Shown here piece by piece: positions 1-42,600 of a stretch of 64,000 nucleotides of DNA; the stretch's first letter is position 1; every line of letters begins with the position of its first letter. Under the pieces are notes generated by a model, which ran no database searches, had not been told where the DNA came from, and saw nothing but the letters and a program-made list of their open reading frames with translations. The stretch is from Chrysomallon squamiferum (Eukaryota; Animalia; Mollusca). Made by a program: the position numbers and the translations under genes. The stretch covers positions 2,976,001 to 3,040,000 of the forward strand of contig CM022665.1 in NCBI GenBank assembly GCA_012295275.1. Direction: 5' to 3'.

Positions 1-228
1 TTTTCACATTTTGACAGTCTCAGGTATAATTGTGATCCAGTTTTGACAGTTTCCACTATACAGTTTTATGACTGATTTTTGTAAGGTTAGTTATTAATTA
101 ACTTATTGGTCGTACGGTCAGAAATATTTTTGGAATTTCTAATGAGTCATATTAACATGTTAAGTAGAAATTGAAGTACATGTTTGCAATGGGATAGTTT
201 TGAAGTGAAGTTTATAACTGTCTTTTAG

Positions 229-516
229 GCAGCCATGCAGAATCTCACTCCAGAAGAACGGAAAAAGCGAGAGCACTTTTTGAAGCAGCAGCGAGACAAA
301 CTGATGGAAATGAAAAAGAAAGAAAGAGAAAAGATTTTGCAGTCTGCTGAAAAGCAGCATCCAGAGCGACCTTTGTCTGCAAAGGCTGCACGTGCAGTTA
401 TGAACCAGGACAATAGACTGACTAAAACTGCAAACCCAGAGGACGAAAAGAAACTTGCAATGAGGCGGGCAATAGCCAGTCGAATTAAAACTGAGCTGAT
501 GGGTAAGAAAGAATAA
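229..516 (+). CDS. CFAP36: Last coding exon of cilia- and flagella-associated protein 36 (CCDC104); upstream exons lie outside the window
   Basis: Acceptor tcttttAG at 227-228, then AAMQNLTPEERKKREHFLKQQRDKLMEMKKKER...KKLAMRRAIASRIKTELMGKKE* (TAA 514-516). Matches the recalled CFAP36 C-terminal pattern (YLKQQRDKL...RR.LA.KLKEE). Confidence 0.85.
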   Translation, partial: AAMQNLTPEERKKREHFLKQQRDKLMEMKKKEREKILQSAEKQHPERPLSAKAARAVMNQDNRLTKTANPEDEKKLAMRRAIASRIKTELMGKKE

Positions 517-3500
517 GATAAGATGGGAAATTGTCCTAATTTTGTTTCTGCATGAGGGTTGACCACACCCTTCTAAAATATCCAGCTAAAATTGTTATTT
601 TTATTGTAATTTGTGTTTTGTGCATGGATGTATGCACATTCACCATGTTTGTGAAGGTGGCTTTTGACTTATGCCTTTCAGTTAACTTCTTATAATAAAT
701 AGAAATGTATTTCAGTAAAACAGATAATTGAGATGGTTGTTCTGTTTGTTTAATATTGCATTATGTATTTATTATAATAACAAATAAATGTTCATTAGGC
801 TATTTCCGTGTTAAATATTTTTTCATATAGTACAGTTTTACCATAGTCTATTAAGATTTTTACCATTTATATTTGATATTCTTTGTTCTTGTTTATCTAC
901 AATCAAATTTTAAAAAACCATAAATGGTCAGTTGATTTGAACTGTTTATAAGCCTATTTTAAACAACAAAACCAGACAAAACAACATTTCTGTGTTTGTA
1001 TCAAACATAAAGAAATATTAGTAACAAATACATTGTTATAATCAGATTGTAATACTTGAATTGTTTGTGAAAAACAACAATGTTGCATATCCTCAGATGC
1101 ATGCAGTTGTTGCTTGTAATACAGAAAAACAATAACACGGCAAATGACTAAAACTTTTACTGTTGTTTCAAACATGACAGTGGGTCACTCTTCTGTGGCT
1201 CATGACCACATCAACACAAAAAAAATCACTATATATTCTGCCATATGTTAATTAGTGATTTTGTATTTTGATATAGTATGCATTCTTACTTAATTTAACT
1301 ATCGTCCCTTGGGCAAGAAGCCCGAAAATATCTACCTCCTTCCAAATAAAGTTTTGCATTTCTTGGTTTAAAGAATCAAATTTTATTAAAATATATTTGT
1401 ATACTTATAAAGAATGCCAATGTTGTTTGTTTTACAGTATTCTTTATTTTATTGCCCTATTCTAAAATGCTGTATTTTTCTTTCTGTTCCATAGATGTTT
1501 AAGATATGTTAATGTTGATATCATTAAGAATAAAAACAGAAGTTGAAAATTATAATGAATGCAGTGATAAATCATTTTAAGTTTTTGCCATCCATTTCTG
1601 CATCTTCTGTGATAATATTCAGATATTACATATTTTGTCTGGAAATACTTATTAAGAAGTTGGGAAAAATTAAAATAGTTGTAGTTCTGTGTGAAACTGT
1701 TACATAGTGAATGAAATACACCAACAGAACTTTTGCCATTATCCTGTATTAACTATATTGCCAACTAATAATAATAGCTGAAAGGAACTAATCAGATGTT
1801 AGAAAGATTATATTATTAATACATCTTTTTTCTTCTTCTTTTGTCACTTTTTGCTATGTATCTTATGTATCAAAATACTGGTGCATTTTTTTCTTTTATA
1901 AACATTCAAGATACATTAACAGAGATGTAAATATGAATAAAAATAGAAGTCAAAAATTAAATTATACGCAGCTATAATTCATAAAGGATAACAGGTGTTT
2001 ATTTTATTTTTAAAAGGGAAATGTTTATTTAAAAATTAGTAAAATATATATACCAAATGCTTGGTATTTGTGACATCCCAATTATTATTTTGTATTTTTT
2101 TTTCTCTTTTTTTTCTTCTCTGAATATAAACACATTATCTGACCAATAATCCATTACAGAGCATATTGTTGGTTAACAGTATCCATATTTATGGAAAAAA
2201 ATACATTTACAGACATTTATTTACTTGCCATTTGTGCTTATGTACGTTTCATGTTTACATGTATGTTAATTTATTTTGTGCATTTGAAGACTATCTGACA
2301 TTCCATATCTGTTTACTTAATAAATATTATGTTCCATATATTTTTGTTGGCTATTTTATTTGAGTCTTTTTGTTATTCTTACTTTCTATTATAGTAAAAG
2401 GCCACCAATAAAATGGCAATTGAGTCAATAACCCAAATCATGATTTTTCATGTATAGAATATCTCGTAAAGAAATCCTCTTTCTGGATGGTCCTTATTGC
2501 TGGCATTTTACTGTATTCATGACACAGCTGAGTTTTCACAAAAGTGTTAAAAAATAGTATCATTTATTTCGAATTTTTGTAGGTTAAGAATTTATCCAAA
2601 ATCTGACCCCTTTTTCAACCATAGATATGATGTCACAAATAGAAAGTTACAAAAGACTTTGGAAACATTCTCTGTGTACAGAGCTAGATAAGATATTATC
2701 TTTAATAACCTGGAGGATGCTTGTTTTATGCTCATTTTCTGCTTGATGATGCAACCATCTGCAGGTACAGCTACTGAACTCCGGGCTGTGCATTTAAAAA
2801 ATAAATGAAGCTTACAAGGATTTCATGTTCACACTTGGGTCCTGAACTCAGTCTATCACTTTATTCCAAAATAATAGTTTTCTGGCTCCATGCATTTTGA
2901 GTAAGAGATCCTCAACCTGAGTAATAATTTCAAATAATACTGAATAAACACCTCACTGTAAACTAAAGACTCATTGCTGTATGAAATTATTTATCTTTAT
3001 TTAATTTCATCAGTAAAATAAGTTCTCAAACAGTTTAGCGTTAGTTCTAGTTTAATATTGAGACTTGTATTTTATGCTTCATGTAAAGTTTGATTAGAAG
3101 AATCATACTATGGCAACTTTGATTTCTTAAAAACATTTCTCAAAAGATAATGGCCATATTCCACTCAAAGAAAAAACAAAATTCTTAAAATACCCTGAAA
3201 ACAACAAGAACAAAAACCAACACTTTCTGAATAAATGCTGTTCACCGATGATAGACCTGACATCTTACTGAAGGTAAATTGCACTTATTTTCCTGCATAT
3301 ATCCAGTAAGCATAGGATATAGTAGTGATGATGAGATGTCAAAAGGTGTAGCTGGTTAAGATGTGTTTTGGTTACAATGAACACTTTTATACATACAACA
3401 GCATTGCTGCCTTTTTAATGTTTAACAGTTTTTATACAACCTTTTTATACCTGCACTGGCAGTAAACCAAAAAAACATCTTAGTAAAATATGAGTAAAAA

Positions 3501-4299
3501 CTTATCTTTTTTGTTATTAAGTGTTAATGTACTGCCAGAATTCTTTTTCTATTCATAAGTCAGTACATATTAACAGTTGTAAAACAGTTTTCATTTCCCA
3601 CTGTTTTAAGTATATCTGAGCTAATTTGTGGGGGCTTTTTTTGGTCAGACTCCAAACAGGAGAGCAAATTATCTCCAGCTCAAGGTGGCTTTGGAATGAG
3701 GCCAGAATACTCAAAAGCTTGATATCGGGCCACCATCAAAGACAACACTTTCACTGATTTACTCAAAGGGCTGGATCAAGTGCAAGACATTTGGCTGCAT
3801 GCCACAATGTTAGACACCAAATGGTTGATGTTTTTTCCAGTAAGAAGGGTATCATGAAGTTATTTCCCACAGCATGTGTACTGGTGATGTATAAGGGAGT
3901 ATCAGTGAGCCCAAAACTGACTGATCTAAACAAGGGTACTTTCAAATATTAATAAGTTTTGAAATTTTTAAAAACTGCCTGGTGATTATTTTTTAATTTT
4001 TAATTTAATTTAATTTAATTTTTATTTTTTATTTTATTTTACTTTATCATTTCATTTCATTAATTTATTTTATTTTATTTTATTTTTCATTTATTAATTT
4101 CTGTCTGCAATCTCCTTGTAACAGCCTGATATTGTTGGAATTTGGGAGGGTAGAAGTTAAAATAATTGATATAGACAGTTCCTATTGTTTTTTAAGTTGA
4201 AAATTTAACACTCTTGCTTGGTTACTACTACTGTACTACTCTTAAGTGTTGGCAAAAATAATTAAAATTAACTTTATGGTTATATAGACAAACTTCAAC

Positions 4300-22176
<17,877 letters not shown>

Positions 22177-25100
22177 GGAGGAAAAAAGACAAAGTGACAG
22201 CTTCACAGAATTTACTGTTTTCGAAACTTCATTGTAGATTTGATTTCCGTTTCTTTTTAGTTATTGTGTAGAAATATAATTCATTATGCTTTTCAAAGTA
22301 TAGACTGTAATAGCATAGTATATTTCATTGTAATAATAAATATATACATAATTATATCATAATAATATATAGACATAAATAGTAAAATTTACTTATTTTG
22401 TAATTCTTTTGAATTAAACTGCCAGTGTGTGCACACATTGTGTATTTTTTTTAATAAATGTTCATTATCAATAGCAACTTTATTTTATGGTGGAACAGCC
22501 ACATCCAGTGATTCATATCATTAATATATATTGACAATTAACTTATTTCCATCTTGATAGTTATTGATTAAACAAAGTTTTATTATGAACTTTGTTTTTT
22601 TCATTTAAGTAACATTATCATGTATCATGATATTTAATAATTAATATTTTTGTGTGTGTCTATATACATATATATATATATATGTGTAGCAATTTGATAC
22701 TTACTCTGTTTAAAACCATAATTGTTACAGAGACATATAGAAGGCAAAAGTGTTTGTTGATAGCAGTATAGTTGTATGTAAATGTGCTGTTTCAGATCAT
22801 TGCATAGTAACTTTATAATAAATGAAATAAAAAATAAACTTTTTATTTTTTAATTTTTTTTTTGATAATCCGTCCTATGACAGTTACCAATCATATTTTT
22901 GTCTTTGAATTTTTTATGCAGCAGCATTTATATTCAAACCTTTATGTGCATTTAAAGGAACCACTTAAAACATATTTTGACCTTTTTTCTTTGTTTGTGA
23001 ATTCCATCTTTACTTTTCCTGTGATAGAAAAATCAAATTTTTGTTTTGTACCTTATTACACTTTTTGAAACATTTTATTATTGTTGATCTATTGTTGGTC
23101 ACAGTAGAAAAATTTAAGTATTTTTCATATGGTTTTAAATCTAGAATTGCATTTATTTATAGAAATGTTTCTTAATATTATGTTTGTCAGAAATATTTTG
23201 ATAACATCATTTTACATTCTGAAATGTATTTATTCATAGAAAAGAAATTATTTTATTATTTTGTTTATCACTTTAGATAAATTAAAAACAGTTCCCTCTT
23301 TTTGGTGGGGAGATTCTACCATTAAAAATTAATATTAACCACTCTTTATTCTATAGAAATTATTTAATGTTACTGAAATTAATCAGGTATTTAATTTAGC
23401 TTAATGTACAATAGATCTCATTTATGTTATATATTTTCATTTTTGAAGGTGTTGTAAACCAGTGTTTCTAATATTTTTTCAATAAAAACACAAATCAGGC
23501 TAAGTATAAGCGAGTAACTACTGCATTGTTCTTATAAAATTCTCGTATCAGTTTGTTAAAATTTTTATGTATTGTGCCTTCAATGAACTGTGTTGCAGCA
23601 GTAATTATTTTTCTATTTTGTAGTAATTTAGTTAATAAAAATATCAAGTCTTTTTCTTGTTTTGTTTTGAAATGTATTGCACAGAGCTGTTCATAATTTT
23701 GAAGGTTTATTTAATTCCAAGTTTCTCTAATGTTGCAGTTAATTAAATGATAATTATTTAGAAATATAAACAAGTAAACAGCTAATACACATTCAGATCG
23801 GCCATTCTGTTTTTATCTTGTGTTAAAAGTAGCAGTATTAATGGAAATTGTCATTAGTGCTGATGGTTGAATATTCCTATGTTGCTCTTTGGGTTACTTC
23901 GCTGTAATCATTTAAAAAAAAATTTCAGCTAATTATTAAATAATTTAATGATGATTCAGAGTAACAGCTCTCTGATGTTTGGAGAATATAACAAGATAAC
24001 ATTACCTATCATATATAAAATCACCAATCTTTATCTATAAAACATTTATACATCACCATAATCCTTTTTATCTTGAAAACATGATATATTTATATATATA
24101 TATATAATGTATATGTATGTTGTTCAAAGTTACTTCTTTAATGTTTAATCACTGTTTTAGTTATTAAAAGACAATTTTCAAAATGGTTTTCTTTTTCTTT
24201 CTTTTAAATGAACTGTTATTACAGTAGAACTATATATGAATTGACTCTTTTGAGAGCAGTCTGCTGAGAAATAAAAGATAATTTCATTTAATTTGTGTAT
24301 TACTTAGGATTGCAGGATGAAAAGAATAACTGGTTGGCCTCACTGCAAATTGGCATTCTTACCTCTGCAGGATAAAACCAATATCTTAAGACAACCTGTT
24401 ATTCCCTATTTTGATACCACAAAAAACTAATCTGCCTGCATTCTTTCAAAAACAACCTGAGAAATAATCAGATATTCAGATCACAGGCAGATATTTTAAT
24501 AATCATTAATGTAAAATATATTTGTTTAATGTGTTGTTGGGTTTTTTTTGTGGGGGGGGTATCTGCTTTTCTTGAAGATGTTTATGAATAATGATCTAGA
24601 TTCCATTAAATAAAATGTCAAGCAAACAATGCCTTGAATTTTAAACTGTGGTAGTGAGTTGTCATAGTACATGAATCTCTTTACACAGCTAATGAATCCT
24701 TCCAAATACTGCGTATAAAAATATAAACTATAAAATAAGAATAAACAATGCTGTTGCTTTTTAGGTTTTTGGAGTTGTTGTTTTTTCATTCTTATTTTTT
24801 ATTTTTATTTTTTTTTAATCATTCATTATTTTTGTTTTAAATAATAATAGATGAAGAAAAATTTAAAATTATGTATTTATTTTCCACAATTTAAAACCAC
24901 CTCCTGCATTCCACTCCCAGATAAAACTGATTTGGTACATTTTTTAAATTCTTTTTTGCAGGCTTGTTTTTTCCAACATAGAACGGTTTCATATATATAT
25001 ATATTAAATATCTGCCTATCATCACAATACTTTTCTACAATATTTTGAAATTCTTTTATAAAATTTGTTGGTAGTTTCTTGACCTGCATTCACAGATTTA

Positions 25101-25950
25101 CCTTGAGTTGTGACATCATACAAGCCACTATGTTGTTCAAACCTAACATTTCATTGTCTTCTTTCATATTTGAAAATGTTCTTTTTTTTAAATTTTATTA
25201 TTCTTAATCAGACTGTTGAGCAAAATTCATCACTCCATGCTAAATAAAATCAAATAGTATTTTGTAAGCTGTGTTAATGGGAATCATGCAAAATGATGAG
25301 TTGTTGTAAATAAATAATCCTAAGTTATGTTGAAAATTGGAAATGAGCATTTATGAACAGTTTTTAGCATTCTAGTAAAATGTATGAGCTATAAGAATAA
25401 TTTTCAGATAAAAACCAAGTAGTTTGATTGTAAAGCATGACCTACAATGCCCATTAAATTTTCAGATATTCTTTGCTTATTCCATTTTTATGTAACATAT
25501 TTGGTATAAATCAAATGGTGTTCTGAGTTAATTTAAATTACCGAAAAAAGAAAGAAATTGCAACATTTATTTTTTCAAATATGGAAATAAATATTTAAAA
25601 AATCTACACATAAAGCAATCAAATATATTTTATTTCCTTAAGGAAACCATACACAGAAAAAAAAAAATTCAAAATTCAAAAAAGTACATACCACAAACAA
25701 TCATAAAATTTGTAACATCATCACAGACTTATTTAAGCTTTTGACAGTTTTATATTATTTTTTCACTGCACTGAAATATATTTTAATTTATTGATAAATT
25801 AGTCACATCATACATAAATTCAAACACCATATTCAAAATGTCAAAACATATATTGATAATATATCAACATAAAAGTTTAGAAAATATATATTATTTTCAT
25901 CACAGCCATCATTTAACATTATCTTCCTGAGTAAAATTACACGCCAGAAT

Positions 25951-26597
25951 CTACCATGAAATCTCTTGAGGCACATCCACACTATTTGACTGGTTTGTAT
26001 CACCACTGTTCAGATTTTTCTTCATTTCTTTGATCTCTGCAATCATGTAATCAATTGGATCAGAAGGCCTGTTGTAGACTATATTTGTGGTCAGTTGCTA
26101 AAAGTGAGAAAATATTGATGTAAGAAATTTAGGGTTAAAGTTATCAATTTGTTGTTTTAAAAAAGAGTCTACAATGAATCTGGCATAAACATTTAAATTT
26201 TGTGATTTGTAAGCTGTACTTGTAAATCTCGTTTGTAAATTTTCATATATATATATATATCATTTATTATTTTTGTTTAATGATGCTAATCTCAACCAAT
26301 TAAATAATTTACTTTACAAACCTGAAACAACTGTAGAATACTATGCTGTTCTAAATATGTTATAGCTTTGTTACAAGGATCTGGTGATGGTTCGATATAT
26401 TCAAAGTAATCATTAATATCTTCTTTTGAAGATTGCACAGAATCTTGGACATTTTCTTGGTTTTCTTGGTTTTCTTGTTGACCACTTCCCTGAGATGAAG
26501 CAGACTGTACTACAAACTGATTCGGTTCAGTGTTATTTTCGCCTACAGACATGTCAGTATTAACAGAAGAAGCTTGTTCTATGTCTCCATCCGACAT
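25951..26597 (-). CDS. TEX55: Small TEX55 (C3orf30)-like protein with RIIa/DPY-30-type dimerization/docking domain, 2 exons, 140 aa
   Basis: Exon 1 26597-26322 (donor CAG|gtttgt), exon 2 26097-25951 (acceptor ttttag, stop TAG). Spliced junction reads DPCNKAITYLEQHSILQLFQ|QLTTNIVYNRPSDPIDYMIAEIKEMKK, the Y-L/M-E-x-H-x-I-L-Q-x-F-Q...P-x-D-P pattern of the TEX55 C-terminal domain. N-terminus is acidic and Q/S/N-rich. Confidence 0.75.
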
Positions 26598-27380
26598 ATT
26601 TGTTTACATGCTGTCAAGCAGGAACAGAAATCCAGCCGCAGTTTAGTACAATGTGTTTAAATGGAAATAATTGATAAAATATATGATTATTTTACAAAAA
26701 ATATTTAATCGATAGATTGTATATTTATATAGCATTATTTAGCGCTAATATTGCTAATTATTTAAACGGATTTTGGACTTAGTGGCAGTTTCGTAAAAAA
26801 AAAAAACTTTAATTTTTAGCGGTCTAGACAACGGCTTTTCAACCGGATACGATGAAATATCATATAATGGAAACGGCAACCTGACTTTATAATATTATAG
26901 ATTTATTGCTGTGTTTTGTTATTTGCATGACAGGTCGCCAAAATAAATAAACTAGCAATTTGAAAGTATAAATAATTTAGTCGTACCACCATAAATACTA
27001 TATTAAGTTTAACTCGTAATTTCTCCTTTACGAAATACGATAATAGCCATTAATACCATTATTTCAAAAATGCAAAATAGTTTTAAGCTAATATATGCAT
27101 ATTTTTATAATGTTATTTTGCCGCACGACAAGCCAGCTGTTTTGTTTCAGTTCATGGCATAGTTTCACCATACTGTGCAGATTTCTAATTGTGCAGCTTA
27201 TTTTCGGTTGACATAAGTAACTCTAAACAACCAAAACATTAATAAAGGTAGTAACTGTATCTGTTTCAGTGTGTGTGTGTGTGTGGAAGTACAGAAGTGA
27301 AGAAAAATATTAAACAAAAAAAAATAAGATACAAACAATAAAATTTATTAAATCATAATTATAAGTTGCAACATATAATG

Positions 27381-39462
<12,082 letters not shown>

Positions 39463-39610
39463 TCTGATAAGGGGGACAAATGAAGCAAAACAGTACGGTT
39501 CTTCTTTTAAGATATATGTAAAAACAACAATATACGGATAACCATTCTGCTGTTACGATCAACTGTAAACCTACGAAAAAACCGCAAACAGTGATTACCA
39601 GTTTATAAAC
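39463..39610. promoter_or_regulatory. Bidirectional promoter shared by NVL and TIMM50
   Basis: Divergent start codons at 39462 (-) and 39611 (+) are separated by 148 bp, inside a CpG-enriched zone (about 39160-40180). Confidence 0.75.
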
Positions 39611-42600
39611 ATGTCGGCCCTCGGTAGTTACATGTGTTTTCAAAGATGTCAAATGTTTCGAATGTCACGAACTTTATTTCAAGCAGTTATGCACAAATAT
39701 TCGCATAGAGAGGGTTACAAAACAACAAGATTTTCAACACCGGCAAGTTGTCTGTTGTTGTATTCTACCCAGCAAGGTAGCACTCTAAAAGGCCTGACTG
39801 ATGAAATTCTGAAGGCCAAAACGATTGCCGAAGAGGAAGCGTCTAAATCGTCGAAAAATAAAGATTCTGAAAGTTCCAAGGAATCAAGATGGACTGGCAA
39901 AAATGCATGGAAACTTGGTTTAACTTTATTAGGTGGATGGAGTATTGTAACGGGAGGAATGATGTTATATATATGGGGTAAATAGCCCACTAGTATACTA
40001 TCATTTTGTCACGCCAGCACTCGCAAACTTTTAATGATTTAATGCTTTAACATTGTAAAGTACGCATGTGACAAAAGCAGTCTCTGCGAAGCAACGAAAG
40101 GTCGCCCGGTTTTTCTGACGCGTAATCGCGATCCTTGGAGGGAGGTTACCCTTATTCAAGGTGTCTGTTTCGTCATTATTTTTAATATATTTTCCAATAC
40201 AGTAAATATAGTTATTGTTCGTTTCTTGACATGTGAGCCTTAATAAATTATGGAAAGAGATGTTTACCTTTTCAAAACAATCATCACTCTAACATACATA
40301 ATTATGCCATATTCTCACACTGCCAAATTTCATACAGATATTTGAGGTAGCTGGATATGTGATTTGATGCTGCTTGAGATATGAGAAATTCAAATATATC
40401 CTGGGTGATTGATTAATTACTTGGCATAATAGTCCTGTTTAATGGAGTTTTAGATAATATTTTCTTTCTGATAAAGATGTGATTATCAAAAAAGTTCTGC
40501 AGGTAGAGTCCAATCCTAGATGCATATTTGGTGGTTGGGTAGAGTGATCACATATTCTGATACTAATGAGTGCAGTTGATTAATTAATTAATTAATTAAC
40601 ATTCTTTCAAATACTGTATAGCTCTATACCACATCAACAGCTTCATTTTGATATAAATACATATAGTATATTGGTTTGAACAAAACAAGATTTTCAGGGT
40701 TCATGTTGCCAAATGACTGAAACAAACCACAGTTTCTCTGTAGACTTTGAATAGGGAAACATTTGTAACTTCTTTCACAATCAAAGAAATATCTGCGTCA
40801 TTTTAAGCTACTGTTTTTTAAAATTTCATCACATGCTGTGACGCTTATATAAAGGTATCTGGCAATCATGCCATAAGTCAAAAGTTGATCTCACTATAGA
40901 CAGAATCATGGTAAATTCCATTTCCTGCTGGCATCGAGAAAGGATCAACTATTAAAATGATTATATTGTAAAAAAACCATTAATGTATACCATTCAGTGC
41001 CTGTTGTTTTTATTTTTGATAACCTGTAGGTTGCATGATGCTGGTAAGACAAAAGGTGATGTTGTGTATATACAGACAGAACAGGATTTAAAATGATTAT
41101 ACCGCAATAGATTAATGTGTAAACTTGTTATCATCCAGTGCATGTTTTTCTACTGTGCTCCAACTTCAGAACATGTATGATATAAAATGAACAGGTTTCA
41201 TAGGTCAAGTCCCCCAAAATATAGATTTTTTATTTTTTGTTATTTTTTATTATTATGTAAATCTGGTTTTATTTCTACTGGTTCTTATAGAAATGAAAAA
41301 TATTAATTTAGTATGAATTCAGCAGCAGCAGCTGTCAAAAAATACTTACTGATAACAGTAATAGGTGTGTACATTTTACTTTTTCCTATAATTTGGGCAA
41401 AACTTTAACAAAAAAGTGTTGTCTTGATGGTACTTTCTCACTGGGTTCAAGTACAGAAAGCATATTTTTTAATCCAGAATTCCAGCAATGTCAAAAGACA
41501 GATCTTTGACAGTAAACTGAAGAATAGCTTCACATATGAGAGTCATCCTGGTGGATTTTCATTTTCTTTAACAAGTCAACAATGTTCCCATATTTGTTGG
41601 AGTCCTCAGCATGATCATTTGACCATGGATGAACCTTTGGGATATTTCCTTGTGTTCAGTCTCTGAAATATAAATGTTTGGTTAAGGAAACATCTGTAGG
41701 GTTCTTGTATGGTAAATAGTCTTCTCTCAGTCAGAGGCCATTCATATTCTTTATTCTTTCTTTATATATGTTCAGTGGTCATAATAATGTCAGTTTTAGT
41801 TCGTAGCATAAATATTTCTGTCTCCACCAACCCATTCGCCAATTGCTGCAGATATGAAGAAGTTTAATACATCATCATCATCATTAATACATTTAAAGAT
41901 ATATTCATTATAATATTTTCATATTTGCAGTGGGTAAGAGAAAATTTAGATTTTTTAATCACAGTTGTGAACTTATACAGTAGGTGAAAGAGAAACTAAA
42001 CTTAAAAGTGTTTATCAATGTATAAGCAGCATGGTAACAAGTTTAATTGATGTCGCAGGGCACTGTCTTAATCCAAGTTTGTATTTTACACATAGTGACA
42101 TACTCAGCATTCAGTCAGCTTCCAACATTAACATCAGTAAAATACTGACGTGAAATATTAACCTGTGTCTTTCTCATTATATTAACTGTTAAATGGATGT
42201 ATTTTTGAAATAAATATAAGAGTGCAATAATGATCCTAATCAGCTATTTTTTATATGTTTTCAGTCTAATTTAGTATTATTATGAAGCTTAACAATATTT
42301 TTTTATCTGTAATTTTTATGGAGATCTACATCTCTATTTCATTTAAGGTAAATTATTTTAAATTCTGCTTGATAGCACAAGACATACATATTTTTTAAAA
42401 GGTGCAGTTTAAATAAACATTCTTGAAGTTTTTTTAGTAGTAAAATTAACAGAAGTATGTATTATAAGTGTTTCAGTTGTTTTATATAAGTTCTATTATT
42501 TTAGGTGCACCACCTCTTGATCCTGAAGGAAATGAGGTAAGATTGTTTTATATTTTTCACAGAATTAATCCACGATAAATAAATGAAATTTAGTATTTCT

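Noticed and set aside
160-566. Minus-strand ORFs of 66 and 113 aa
   Set aside because: Antisense shadows of the CFAP36 exon.
3642-3856. In-frame TGA as possible selenocysteine or read-through
   Set aside because: No exon structure, selenoprotein similarity or SECIS seen; decay is the simpler explanation.
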